DNA of 59,255 nt from positions 1 through 59,255 of the forward strand of contig DSEO01000261.1 in the NCBI GenBank assembly GCA_011056635.1. Direction: 5' to 3'. Numbering within the stretch: the stretch's first letter is position 1; each line of letters begins with the position of its first letter. The position numbers and the translations under genes are program-made. This DNA comes from Bacteroides sp. Its GTDB lineage: Bacteria > Bacteroidota > Bacteroidia > Bacteroidales > GCA-2748055. Below, one piece after another: positions 8,933 through 18,649 of the stretch. The notes under the pieces are model-generated. The model was not told where the DNA came from. It worked only from the letters and a program-made list of their open reading frames with translations, and did no database searches.

Positions 8933-10270
8933 ATGTTTGAGAATTTATCAGAACGGCTGGAGCAATCCTTCCGAATGCTCAGGGGACAGGGGCGGATCAC
9001 CGAGATCAATGTGGCCGAGACCCTGAAGGATGTCAGGCGCGCCCTGCTTGATGCAGATGTGAATTTTAAAATTGCCAAGCAATTTACAGATGAGGTCAGG
9101 GAAGAGGCGCTCGGACAGAAAATCCTGGCAGCGGTCAAGCCGGGTGAAATGATGGTGAAAATCGTCCATGACCACCTGGCTTCGCTCATGGGAGAAGAGC
9201 ATGTGGAAATGGACCTGAAGGGCAACCCTTCCGTGGTGCTGATCGCCGGGTTGCAGGGTTCGGGAAAAACCACATTTGCCGGAAAACTCGCTTCGTTCCT
9301 CAAGAAGAAAAAAGGCAGAAACCCCCTGCTGGTGGCGGGAGACGTTTACAGGCCCGCTGCCATAGACCAGCTGAAGATCATCGGTGAACAGGTGCAGATC
9401 CCTGTATATACAGAGGACGGGAACAAAAATCCCGTGAAGATTGCGAAAGCTGCCGTCAGAGAAGCCAGGATGAAAGGATTCAATACGGTGATCATTGATA
9501 CGGCGGGACGCCTGGCCATTGATGAAGAGATGATGAATGAGATCACCGCCATCAAGGAAGCGGTCACCCCCCATGAGATTCTCTTCGTGGTGGATTCCAT
9601 GACGGGCCAGGATGCGGTGAACACAGCGAAGGAATTCAACGAAAGACTCGATTACGACGGGGTGGTCCTGACCAAACTGGACGGGGACACACGGGGGGGA
9701 GCAGCACTGTCGATCCGTTCGGTGGTCAACAAACCCATCAAATTCGTGGGGACCGGCGAGAAACTGGATGCCATGGATGTATTTCATCCCAAACGGATGG
9801 CGGACCGGATCCTCGGTATGGGTGATATCGTCTCCCTGGTAGAAAAAGCCCAGGAACAGTATGACCAGGAAGAAGCCAGGAAACTGCAGAAAAAGATTGC
9901 AAAAAACCAGTTTGATCTCACCGATTTCATGTCCCAGATCCAGCAGATCAAAAAAATGGGGAACATCAAAGATCTGGCTGCCATGATCCCAGGGGCAGGA
10001 AAAGCCCTGAAGAACCTGGACATGGATGACGATGCTTTCAAGGGCATCGAAGCGATCATCAATTCCATGACCCCCGAAGAACGTTCCGATCCTTCCCTTT
10101 TAAACGGGAGCCGCCGAAGAAGGATCGCAGAGGGAAGCGGCACCACGGTGCCGGAAGTGAACAGGCTTGTCAAACAATTTGGCGAAACCCGCAAAATGAT
10201 GAAGCTGATGACCTCCGGCAAAGGGAAAGCCATGGCCAGGGCCATGGGTCAGAAAATGCCGGGTATGTAA
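8933..10270 (+). CDS. ffh: Signal recognition particle protein Ffh
   Basis: GLQGSGKTT, DVYRPAA, DTAGR, TKLDGDTRGG, and Met-rich M domain with SRRRRIAEGSG. Confidence 0.98.
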   Translation: MFENLSERLEQSFRMLRGQGRITEINVAETLKDVRRALLDADVNFKIAKQFTDEVREEALGQKILAAVKPGEMMVKIVHDHLASLMGEEHVEMDLKGNPSVVLIAGLQGSGKTTFAGKLASFLKKKKGRNPLLVAGDVYRPAAIDQLKIIGEQVQIPVYTEDGNKNPVKIAKAAVREARMKGFNTVIIDTAGRLAIDEEMMNEITAIKEAVTPHEILFVVDSMTGQDAVNTAKEFNERLDYDGVVLTKLDGDTRGGAALSIRSVVNKPIKFVGTGEKLDAMDVFHPKRMADRILGMGDIVSLVEKAQEQYDQEEARKLQKKIAKNQFDLTDFMSQIQQIKKMGNIKDLAAMIPGAGKALKNLDMDDDAFKGIEAIINSMTPEERSDPSLLNGSRRRRIAEGSGTTVPEVNRLVKQFGETRKMMKLMTSGKGKAMARAMGQKMPGM

Positions 10271-10303
10271 TCCCATTTAATCGAAGCCACAAATTTTTTA
10301 GCT

Positions 10304-11179
10304 ATGCAAATTATAGATGGTAAGGCCACTGCCAGAACGATCAAGGAAGAAATCAGGGCCGAAGTGGATGCAATGGTCTCCGCGTTTCAGCGCCGGCCCC
10401 ACCTGGCCGCGGTCCTGGTGGGTCACGACGGTGGCAGCGAAACCTATGTGGCTTATAAGATCAGGGATTGCGAAGAGGTGGGATTCCGGTCCACGCTCGT
10501 ACGCTTTGAAGATGATGTGCCCGGGAACGTGCTCTTCGGGAAGATCGATGAACTGAATCAGGATCACGAATTGGATGGTTTTATCGTGCAGCTACCCCTT
10601 CCGGATCATATCGACGAACAGCGGGTCATTGAAAGCATTGATCCATCGAAGGATGTGGACGGATTCCACCCGGTGAACGTGGGTCGGACCGTGATCGGTC
10701 TCCCCTCCTATGGGTCGGCCACTCCCTATGGCATCGTGGAACTGATCAAACGCTACCAGATCGAGACGACCGGCAAACATTGTGTCATTGTCGGCAGAAG
10801 CAACATCGTGGGCAGACCGCTGAGTATCCTCATGTCCCAGAAATCGATCAACGCAACGGTGACGGTGGCCCACAGCCGGACCAGGGACCTGGAGGCGCTC
10901 TGTGCCACAGCCGATATTCTCGTGGCCGCGCTTGGCTCGCCGGGTTTTGTGAAAGCCCATATGGTCAAGGAGGGAGCCGTGGTCATCGATGTGGGAACCA
11001 CACGGGTCCCCGCATCCGATACAAAATCAGGATTCCGTCTCAAAGGGGATGTGCTTTTCGAGGAGGTAGCCCCCAAATGCTCCTTCATCACTCCTGTTCC
11101 CGGTGGAGTGGGTCCCATGACCCGGGTGTCATTACTGACCAATACCCTGAAAGCGGCGAAGAAAAATATCCGGCACTGA
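10304..11179 (+). CDS. folD: Methylenetetrahydrofolate dehydrogenase/cyclohydrolase
   Basis: [39 protein letters not shown]. Confidence 0.97.
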   Translation: MQIIDGKATARTIKEEIRAEVDAMVSAFQRRPHLAAVLVGHDGGSETYVAYKIRDCEEVGFRSTLVRFEDDVPGNVLFGKIDELNQDHELDGFIVQLPLPDHIDEQRVIESIDPSKDVDGFHPVNVGRTVIGLPSYGSATPYGIVELIKRYQIETTGKHCVIVGRSNIVGRPLSILMSQKSINATVTVAHSRTRDLEALCATADILVAALGSPGFVKAHMVKEGAVVIDVGTTRVPASDTKSGFRLKGDVLFEEVAPKCSFITPVPGGVGPMTRVSLLTNTLKAAKKNIRH

Positions 11180-11203
11180 CCTTGCGTTATTCAGAAGAGT
11201 GTT

Positions 11204-13021
11204 ATGAAGCGTTTATTTTCTTTCCTAATGGTCCTCGGGACCCTGATGAATGTATTGGGCCAATCACAACAGCAGGATCCGTTCACCAACGAATCGGCCC
11301 GGGAATATGTGAAAGATTTCACGGAACGGAGTTTCCTCTGGCGGTCCGGGCAGGAATGGCTGCGAAGCGATCTGGAGCGATTGTTCCAGCATGCGGAAGA
11401 GCCATTTGACAGTGTGAAACAAAGGATTGCCGGATTTGATTTTGCATCTGTGGATGTGACAATCAAAGATTTTCTGATCAGGGATTCGATGGAGATCAAA
11501 TGGTTGAATGATTCCACCTTCATCATTGACTCCCTGGGCTGGAATACCGATCTGTTTCTTTTTGCCGATACGCTTTCAGATCTCAACCTGGTTTCCGATT
11601 CCTTGCCCGCTCAACCGGGACTGCCGGATACATTCCCGGTGACAAAGATCGACACTGCCGCACTGGAAGCACTTGGCGTGCCCATGTACCTGTATTCAGG
11701 GAACCGGATCATTCCCGGATTGGACGACCCTGCACGCCGGAGATCGGCAAGTATTGCAGCCGGATCGCATTCCATTGTGTTCACCGATACCCTCTCCCTC
11801 TGGGTTGCTGATACGGATTCACCCTTCCGGATTGTTGGCGGGGAACATCAGCTTGATTCACTGCAGATCGCAGTGGAAACGCTGCTGTTCCATACAGAAA
11901 AGCGGGATTCCACCCGGCTGATAATCAATGACATGTTTGGAGGCAGAACGCCTTTCTGGCTAACTACCGGGAAAGATGATTTTTACCGGTTCTGGGTGAA
12001 AAATGACAGGAGCGATTCCATCACACTGTGGATTGGCAATCCCGGAAGAAACGAGATCAGCCTGCTGCTTGAAGATGCCATCGATGTGAACCGCCTGGCG
12101 ACAGAATACCCCGAACACATTCCGGTCAGGCTCAGGGAACCTGCCAGGTCGCTGGAGAAGATGGAGCCTTTAAAGCCCGATCCTGTTTCATGGGATTATG
12201 AGCTGGCCAGTGCTTTAGCGTTTAACCAGACATACCTCTCAAACTGGTCCAAAGGGGGAGAAAATTCCCTCTCCAGCATGTTCGACATTTCGGGTACGGC
12301 CACTTACACCAACAGGGATGCGAAGACACAGTGGATCAATGAAGCCAGACTGAAGTACGGCACACTGATCACCGAGGAGCACGGGCTGAGAAAGAATACC
12401 GACCAGTTTGAACTCAATTCGCAGATGAACAAGAATGCCAGGGGAAAATTTGATCTGAGTGCTGTTTTCTACATGAAGAACCAGATTGCACGGGGCTACA
12501 GTTATCCCAATGATTCGGTGGTGGTTTCAAAATTCCTCAACCCGGCTACCCTTACCGTGGGCCTCGGGGTGGATTACAAACCTTTCAAGCACACATCCAT
12601 CAACCTGGCCCCGCTTTCCTATAAGAACACTTTCGTCCTGGACACAGCACAGATCGATCAGACAAAGCACGGGATCCCTGAGGAAAAACGTGCCAAGCAG
12701 GAGATGGGAACCCAGGTATTGATCAAAAACAGGATCAGTCCCATGGAGGACATGACCATCTTTAATTCCGTCAGGCTCTTTTCCAATTATCTCAATAAAC
12801 CGCAGAATATTGACGTGGACTGGGAAATGGTCCTTGACCAGAAGATCAGCTGGTTCTTTACGGTACGGCTTAACCTCCACCTGATCTACGATGATGATGT
12901 CCGTTTTCCGGTGTACGACAGTAACGACCAGCCTGTCCTTCTTCCCGACGGAACCGAGAAAAAATCACCGAAAGCGCAATTCAAGGAATTTGTGGGTCTG
13001 TCCCTCCTCGTTAAATTCTGA
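11204..13021 (+). CDS. DUF3078-domain outer membrane protein with long N-terminal region
   Basis: Signal peptide, FNQTYLSNWSKGGENS motif, amphipathic beta strands and terminal Phe. Confidence 0.8.
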   Translation: MKRLFSFLMVLGTLMNVLGQSQQQDPFTNESAREYVKDFTERSFLWRSGQEWLRSDLERLFQHAEEPFDSVKQRIAGFDFASVDVTIKDFLIRDSMEIKWLNDSTFIIDSLGWNTDLFLFADTLSDLNLVSDSLPAQPGLPDTFPVTKIDTAALEALGVPMYLYSGNRIIPGLDDPARRRSASIAAGSHSIVFTDTLSLWVADTDSPFRIVGGEHQLDSLQIAVETLLFHTEKRDSTRLIINDMFGGRTPFWLTTGKDDFYRFWVKNDRSDSITLWIGNPGRNEISLLLEDAIDVNRLATEYPEHIPVRLREPARSLEKMEPLKPDPVSWDYELASALAFNQTYLSNWSKGGENSLSSMFDISGTATYTNRDAKTQWINEARLKYGTLITEEHGLRKNTDQFELNSQMNKNARGKFDLSAVFYMKNQIARGYSYPNDSVVVSKFLNPATLTVGLGVDYKPFKHTSINLAPLSYKNTFVLDTAQIDQTKHGIPEEKRAKQEMGTQVLIKNRISPMEDMTIFNSVRLFSNYLNKPQNIDVDWEMVLDQKISWFFTVRLNLHLIYDDDVRFPVYDSNDQPVLLPDGTEKKSPKAQFKEFVGLSLLVKF

Positions 13022-13024
13022 ACA

Positions 13025-13044
13025 GCCGGGAAGATTTCCCCGGC
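13025..13044. terminator. GC hairpin between convergent genes
   Basis: GCCGGG/CCCGGC stem with no U-tract. Confidence 0.3.
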
Positions 13045-13053
13045 GAGGGGCCT

Positions 13054-14205
13054 TCAGTCCAGGAGAAGCTCCAGGGATTTTTGTTTCCCGGTCATCTGCA
13101 GATGGTAATACAGCTGGTACAGTTTTTCGATGGTGGGTTTATGTCCTGGATCCATTTCATGGGCCTTTTCGAGCCACTGTATCGCTTCCGTGAAACTGGC
13201 CCGCGCCCTGTCCCTTTCAGACTGATAAGCAGCATTGTTCCTGATATGCCGTGCATTTTCATTGATGGCCACACCGATGTTGTAATGCGATATGCCCAGG
13301 TGATACAGGATCATCGGTTCGGCCGGGTCGAGTTCGCTCGCCTTAGTAAGCAGTCTGATTGCCTTGTCATATTCGCCCGTCTTCTGGTGAACCAGTCCGC
13401 AGGTCCATGGAAAGACAGCATTCTCCGGCTTACTGACCATGGCGCTGTCCAGCAGCCGGACGGCATCCTGTGTGCGGTGACTGTTCATGAGGAAATCAAC
13501 CAGTTCGAGGACAATGGTCTGATCATGGTCATACCGGTCCACGCCATCCGCGAGTACCTCTTCGGCCATCAGGGAGTCTCCTGTCTCGAGATAGATACGA
13601 TACAGGAGCAGGGCGATATCGGGAGCGTATCCGTCGCCGTTGAGCCCCGTGAAATAGCTGATCGCCTTTTCCCAGTTTCCGCTTTCGTATGCGGCCAGCG
13701 CCGTATTATAGACCAGGCTGGTATCCGTTTCTGCGGAAAGCAGGGAACTCTTGCTTAAAAGCAGGGCCTGTTCGAACGCATCCAGGGCGTTCTGGTATTC
13801 CTTCTGTCTGTAAAGTCTTTCCCCCAGTTTCTGAAAATCATTGACAAGCTGATAATACTGCGTGGATATCACCGAATGAAGCCTGCTCCTTTTGTCCAGC
13901 TCCAGTGCTTTTTCATAAGCATCGTAGGCCACGAACAGTTGATCCGGGTAAAGGGCTGTTTTTTCCTTTTCATTCTTCTCAAAACCCGCCTCAAAGGCTT
14001 TCTGACAGAGCAATCCCTTGGCGTAATAAGTCCTGTGCCACCTGGAAGTCTTATCGTTCCAGATCGCTAGCTCGATCGCTTCCTTGGCATCCTCGTATTT
14101 CCCGGCTTCGATCAGCTGAAAAACAGAGATCACCCTGCTTTTCTGCGCGATCGCCCCCACAGAAAATCCCAGCACAAAAGCGGATAGGATGAATTTCCTG
14201 ATCAT
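13054..14205 (-). CDS. Exported tetratricopeptide repeat protein
   Basis: Signal peptide ending AIAQ and repeated TPR patterns (YDAYEKALELD, YDKAIRLLTKASELDP). Confidence 0.85.
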   Translation of the reverse strand: MIRKFILSAFVLGFSVGAIAQKSRVISVFQLIEAGKYEDAKEAIELAIWNDKTSRWHRTYYAKGLLCQKAFEAGFEKNEKEKTALYPDQLFVAYDAYEKALELDKRSRLHSVISTQYYQLVNDFQKLGERLYRQKEYQNALDAFEQALLLSKSSLLSAETDTSLVYNTALAAYESGNWEKAISYFTGLNGDGYAPDIALLLYRIYLETGDSLMAEEVLADGVDRYDHDQTIVLELVDFLMNSHRTQDAVRLLDSAMVSKPENAVFPWTCGLVHQKTGEYDKAIRLLTKASELDPAEPMILYHLGISHYNIGVAINENARHIRNNAAYQSERDRARASFTEAIQWLEKAHEMDPGHKPTIEKLYQLYYHLQMTGKQKSLELLLD

Positions 14206-14215
14206 GCCTGCTGTC

Positions 14216-15997
14216 TTACATTCGCTCGGGCACTTCTATGCCCATCAAATCCATCCCTGACCGGATAATCTGCCCGACCACCCTGACCAGCAGCAGCCTG
14301 GTGGAAACCTGATCCTGGCTTTCGGCACCCAGGATGCTGTAATCGTGGTAGAACTGATTGAACTCCCTGGACAAATCGTACAGGAAATTGGCAATCAGGG
14401 ACGGGTTAAGCGTATCTGCTGATTCGGTAATGATCTCGGGGAAATCGTGGATCATCCGGATCAGAAGGATCTCCTTTTCATTCAGATCCTGCCCCCCCAC
14501 TTTCATGTCAACATTCTTGCTTTTTCGCAGAACGCTCTGAATACGCGCATAGGTATACTGGATAAAAGGTCCTGTGTTTCCATTAAAATCAATGGATTCT
14601 GCAGGATCGAAGGTCATGTTCTTCTTCGGGTCCACCTTCAGAATAAAATACTTCAGGGCACCCATTCCCACCTGCCTGCAAATCCGGTCGCGCTCCTTAT
14701 CACTGTAACCCTCCAGCTTTCCCAGCTCTTCCGACATCGAGCGGGCGGTAGTTTCCATCTCGTCCATGAGATCATCCGCATCCACCACGGTACCTTCCCG
14801 TGATTTCATTTTACCTTCCGGCAGTTCCACCATGCCATAGGACAGATGGTAGAGCCGGTCCGCCCATTTGAACCCCAGTTTTTTCAGGATGAGAGCAAGC
14901 ACCCGGAAATGATAATTCTGTTCATTCCCGACCACGTAGATATGTGTGTCGAAGGGATATTCGCTGTAGCGCTGATGGGCGGTCCCCACATCCTGCGTCA
15001 TATAGACGGAAGTCCCGTCCGACCGCAGCAGCAATTTATGGTCCAGTCCCTCCGCGGTCAAATCCGCCCACACCGACCCGTCCGGCTTCCGGTAAAGTAC
15101 CCCTTCCTCTAGTCCCTTCAATATGATTTCCTTGCCGAACTTGTAAGTCTCCGACTCATAATAGGTGGTATCGAATTCAACCCCCAGCCGCCTGTAAGTT
15201 TTGTCAAATCCTTCGTATACCCAGCCGTTCATTTCTTCCCACAGGGCCCTCACCCCGGGATCCTCATTTTCCCATTTCCGAAGCATTTCCCTGGCTTCTT
15301 CCATGATTGGGGCCCGGGATTCCGCCTCTTTACGGGCATTTCCTTCTGCAACCAAAGCCTCCACCTCGCGCTTATAAGCCTGCTCAAACAGTACATAATA
15401 TTTGCCCACAAGGTGGTCGCCTTTGATGCCAGACGAGACGGGCGTTTCACCACCACCCCACTTCTGCCAGGCCAGCATGGACTTGCAGATGTGGATCCCG
15501 CGGTCGTTGACCAGGTTCACCTTCTTCACCTCCCGTCCTCCTGCTTCCATGATCTTTGAAATGGAATATCCCAGCAGGTTATTCCTGATGTGCCCCAGGT
15601 GAAGGGGTTTGTTTGTGTTGGGCGATGAGAATTCGACCATGACACGGGCAGATTCCGGGGAAACTTCACTGAAACCATACCGGGGAGTGCACATTTCCCC
15701 GCTCAGCTGTTGCTTCCAGTAAAACTGCGACACGGTAAGGTTCAGGAAACCTTTGATCACTTCAAAACCGGAAAGCATCTCCGAATGGTCCACCATGTAT
15801 CTGCCCAATTCATTGCCGGTTTGCTCGGGTGAGCGACCTGAATAGCCAAGCAACGGAAAGACAACCAGGGTGAAATCCCCTGCGAATTCCCTGCGGGTTT
15901 TCTGGATCTGAATATTTTCCCCGGGTACGCTCGCACCCCACAGGTCACGGACCGCGTCCGCAGCCCTGAATTGGATGATCTGGTCGATTCGCTGCAT
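14216..15997 (-). CDS. argS: Arginine--tRNA ligase
   Basis: VEFSSPNTNKPLHLGHIRN (HIGH-type), KMKSREG, GPFIQYTYAR, terminal PERM. Confidence 0.97.
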   Translation of the reverse strand: MQRIDQIIQFRAADAVRDLWGASVPGENIQIQKTRREFAGDFTLVVFPLLGYSGRSPEQTGNELGRYMVDHSEMLSGFEVIKGFLNLTVSQFYWKQQLSGEMCTPRYGFSEVSPESARVMVEFSSPNTNKPLHLGHIRNNLLGYSISKIMEAGGREVKKVNLVNDRGIHICKSMLAWQKWGGGETPVSSGIKGDHLVGKYYVLFEQAYKREVEALVAEGNARKEAESRAPIMEEAREMLRKWENEDPGVRALWEEMNGWVYEGFDKTYRRLGVEFDTTYYESETYKFGKEIILKGLEEGVLYRKPDGSVWADLTAEGLDHKLLLRSDGTSVYMTQDVGTAHQRYSEYPFDTHIYVVGNEQNYHFRVLALILKKLGFKWADRLYHLSYGMVELPEGKMKSREGTVVDADDLMDEMETTARSMSEELGKLEGYSDKERDRICRQVGMGALKYFILKVDPKKNMTFDPAESIDFNGNTGPFIQYTYARIQSVLRKSKNVDMKVGGQDLNEKEILLIRMIHDFPEIITESADTLNPSLIANFLYDLSREFNQFYHDYSILGAESQDQVSTRLLLVRVVGQIIRSGMDLMGIEVPERM

Positions 15998-16017
15998 ATG
16001 CACTGGATGTTGAGGAG

Positions 16018-16025
16018 CAAAGATA
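16018..16025 (-). promoter_or_regulatory. -7 element (TATCTTTG) for argS
   Basis: Exact TAnnTTTG on the minus strand, 20 nt before the ATG. Confidence 0.6.
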
Positions 16026-16059
16026 AAAAAAGATCCCCCGACTGGCGCCGGGGGATCTT
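16025..16059 (-). terminator. Intrinsic terminator
   Basis: 11-bp stem AAGATCCCCCG/CGGGGGATCTT (16030-16059) ending in a T7 run on the minus strand. Confidence 0.8.
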
Positions 16060-16150
16060 AAAACTAAACTAACCCTAAAACTAAATCTATGAAAAGAAAT
16101 GTAGAGAAAAGAACGAAATTATCTAATTGATAATCAATAAACTCTCTTCA
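16025..16150 (-). ncRNA. Candidate small RNA 2
   Basis: Promoter-like TGCAAC-N17-CGTTGTA (16185-16156), U-rich body containing UUUUCAUAGAUUUAGUUUUAG, and a strong terminator. Confidence 0.55.
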
Positions 16151-16155
16151 ACTTA

Positions 16156-16185
16156 TACAACGCACTTTGCCTTCATTTTGTTGCA
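16156..16185 (-). promoter_or_regulatory. ECF-sigma-type promoter (GCAAC-N17-CGTT)
   Basis: AAC in the -35 and CGT in the -10, the typical ECF signature. Confidence 0.5.
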
Positions 16186-16272
16186 TTGACCCTCAAAAAA
16201 AAGTACTAAAAAATGTTAATATTTTTACTTTATCTTTAACTCTTGGACTACAGAACCCGTTGAAGGTTTAAC

Positions 16273-17388
16273 ATGCCGGTAAAATACTTGCATATTGTTT
16301 CTTTCAATGTGCCTTACCCGCCCGACTATGGGGGCGTGATTGACGTGTACCATAAGATACGGGCCCTGAAGGATGCCGGAATTCATGTGATCCTGCATTG
16401 TTTTGCCTATGGTCGCCAGCCTGTCAGAGAACTTGAGGAAGTCTGCCTGAAGGTCCATTATTATCCCCGGAAAACCGGAGTGAAATATTTTCTCAGGCGT
16501 ACACCCTACATTGTAGCTACCAGAACATCAAAATCTATGCCAGAAAACCTTCTGGAAGATTCATTTCCCGTCCTGTTTGAGGGGCTTCATTCCACTTCCT
16601 TGCTTGACCTGTGTGCAGATGCGGGTAAAAAGGTGTTTGTGAGGACCCACAATATCGAACACCTGTACTACCGGTTTCTGTCACGGAGCGAAACAAATCC
16701 GTTCAGGAAAATATTCCTGTGGAGCGAATCCATCAAACTGCTCCGTTATGAGCCCATCCTGGAACGTGCGGATCATATTCTGTGCATTGCAAAACATGAA
16801 ACCGCATATTTCAGTGAAAAATATCACGATGCGATATTCATTCCCGCCTTTCACAGGTTTGATGAAGTGACCTGTCTCACCGGAAGCGGTGATTATATCC
16901 TTTTTCACGGGAACCTGAGCGTGCCGGAAAACTCCGCCGCATTCCTGGAACTGGCCAGAAACGTGCTGTCCCGCACCCGGATCCCGGTCAAGGTGGCCGG
17001 GAAAGATCCGCCGGAAGTGTTTCTGCGCCAGACGGCCAGGTACCCGAATGTGACTGTTATTGCAAATCCCCCGGATACGCAAATGGACAGCCTGATTCAG
17101 AATGCACATATCAATCTTTTGTTTACCGCGCAGCCCACGGGGATCAAGTTGAAACTGCTGCATGCCCTCTATGCGGGCCGGCACTGTGTGGTCAATCGCC
17201 CGATGATCGAGGGAACGGCACTGGAAAATCTCTGTCACCCGGTGGATACGGCTGAACAGACCCTTGCCATACTCCATAAGCTGATGGGGATCTCATTCTC
17301 TGAATCCCGGATCCGGGAGCGAACAATAGCACTGGCGGATTACTCCAACAGGGTCAGTGCAGACAAAATCATCAGGCTCCTCAGCTGA
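16273..17388 (+). CDS. GT-B fold glycosyltransferase (GT4-like)
   Basis: VPYPPDYGGVID, HNIEH, FHGNLSVPEN, TGIKLKLL. Confidence 0.85.
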   Translation: MPVKYLHIVSFNVPYPPDYGGVIDVYHKIRALKDAGIHVILHCFAYGRQPVRELEEVCLKVHYYPRKTGVKYFLRRTPYIVATRTSKSMPENLLEDSFPVLFEGLHSTSLLDLCADAGKKVFVRTHNIEHLYYRFLSRSETNPFRKIFLWSESIKLLRYEPILERADHILCIAKHETAYFSEKYHDAIFIPAFHRFDEVTCLTGSGDYILFHGNLSVPENSAAFLELARNVLSRTRIPVKVAGKDPPEVFLRQTARYPNVTVIANPPDTQMDSLIQNAHINLLFTAQPTGIKLKLLHALYAGRHCVVNRPMIEGTALENLCHPVDTAEQTLAILHKLMGISFSESRIRERTIALADYSNRVSADKIIRLLS

Positions 17389-17608
17389 GAGGCTCTTCAT
17401 CCCTTCGATCCACACGCTCGGGCCTGTCCAGTATGGAAAATATCAGCACGATCACGGCAGCTGCGGCCAGGATGACCATCAGTGATTTAAACATGCGGGC
17501 GATCAGATATTCAATATCCACGATCTCCCAGATACCCAGGATGGCGATCACCGAGAAGAGCAGTACAAGAATGGACAGGGTATACGCAATGATCTTTTTG
17601 ACTTTCAT
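17381..17608 (-). CDS. Small hypothetical membrane protein (2 TM)
   Basis: 75 aa with two hydrophobic helices and an A-rich initiation region. Confidence 0.75.
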   Translation of the reverse strand: MKVKKIIAYTLSILVLLFSVIAILGIWEIVDIEYLIARMFKSLMVILAAAAVIVLIFSILDRPERVDRRDEEPLS

Positions 17609-17641
17609 TTCAGTTTTTTTTTGCCCGGTTAAATTACTGAA

Positions 17642-18649
17642 TTATTCAGCCTGAATCAAGAATCGGGCCAGCGAATAAATATCCGGGAAAAATTTCTCTT
17701 CCCGGTCCGTGATCCATTGCCAGCCATATTCCCCCTGCCGGCCGGTCACCCGGATGGTGGCTCTCCCGGAATGCTTATCGATCCTGTATCCCAGGCGCTC
17801 AAGGGCCGTCCGGGTCCAGTACATCACCAAAGGCTCCTCCCCTTCCAGGCAGATCGTTCCCCGGGGCACGAAATGAGGCATAAATCTGCGTTCTGACGGG
17901 TCGAAGGTGATATCCGAATCGGCAAAAAGATGCTCAAACACATGCATGATCCCCAGATCCTCCGGCGCACCCTCCACTATTTTACTCCCGTGAATGACCC
18001 AGAATTTATCCGCCCACAGCCAGGCTGTTTCCAGATCGTGGGTGGAAAAGATCACCGATCTGCCATTGTCCCTGAACCGGCCCAGGGTGCGAATCAGTTC
18101 GTATTTGTTGGGAATATCCAAAAAGGCAGTGGGTTCATCCAGTACCATCAGGACTGTCTCCTGGGCCATGGCCCGGGCGATCATTGCCCTGTGCCGCTCG
18201 CCATCACTCAGCTGATCCACCTTCCTGTCGGCAAAATCCTCCATCCCCAGTTCCCCCATCGCTTTCCATACCGCTTCCCTGTCCCGGGCACCCTGCCTGC
18301 CCGCCCATCCGGTGTGGGGCATTCTTCCGAGAGATACCAGTTCCCGGACGGACATGGATGGCATGGCCGGTACCCGGGAGGACACATAACTCACCACGCG
18401 CGCCCGCCTGCGAAGATCAAAGCTGTCTGCAGGTGCACCGAACAGGAGGCACTCCCCTCCCAGCACAGGGAGAAAACCGAGGATCGATCTGAGCAGCGTG
18501 CTTTTCCCGGTCCCGTTCCTTCCCACCAGTGCCACCATTTCGCCCGGCAGCAAGGAAAGATTGATTTCCGACAACAGCACTTTTTCTGGTGCATAGCCGA
18601 TGGCCATGTGTTCCAGGCTGACAATCCGGTTATCTGCAGATGGATCCAT
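17642..18649 (-). CDS. ABC transporter ATP-binding protein (cobalamin/Fe-chelate, BtuD-like)
   Basis: Walker A GRNGTGKST, signature LSDGE, Walker B LDEPT, H-loop STHD. Confidence 0.92.
   Translation of the reverse strand: MDPSADNRIVSLEHMAIGYAPEKVLLSEINLSLLPGEMVALVGRNGTGKSTLLRSILGFLPVLGGECLLFGAPADSFDLRRRARVVSYVSSRVPAMPSMSVRELVSLGRMPHTGWAGRQGARDREAVWKAMGELGMEDFADRKVDQLSDGERHRAMIARAMAQETVLMVLDEPTAFLDIPNKYELIRTLGRFRDNGRSVIFSTHDLETAWLWADKFWVIHGSKIVEGAPEDLGIMHVFEHLFADSDITFDPSERRFMPHFVPRGTICLEGEEPLVMYWTRTALERLGYRIDKHSGRATIRVTGRQGEYGWQWITDREEKFFPDIYSLARFLIQAE

Noticed and set aside
16060-16090. AACTAA-type short repeats as CRISPR or iterons
   Set aside because: Repeats are 5-6 nt, imperfect and lack spacers. 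No cas or rep genes are present.
16089-16130. 13-aa plus-strand ORF MKRNVEKRTKLSN with a strong-looking initiation region
   Set aside because: No plus-strand promoter is apparent, while promoter and terminator polarity both favour a minus-strand RNA. Not fully excluded.
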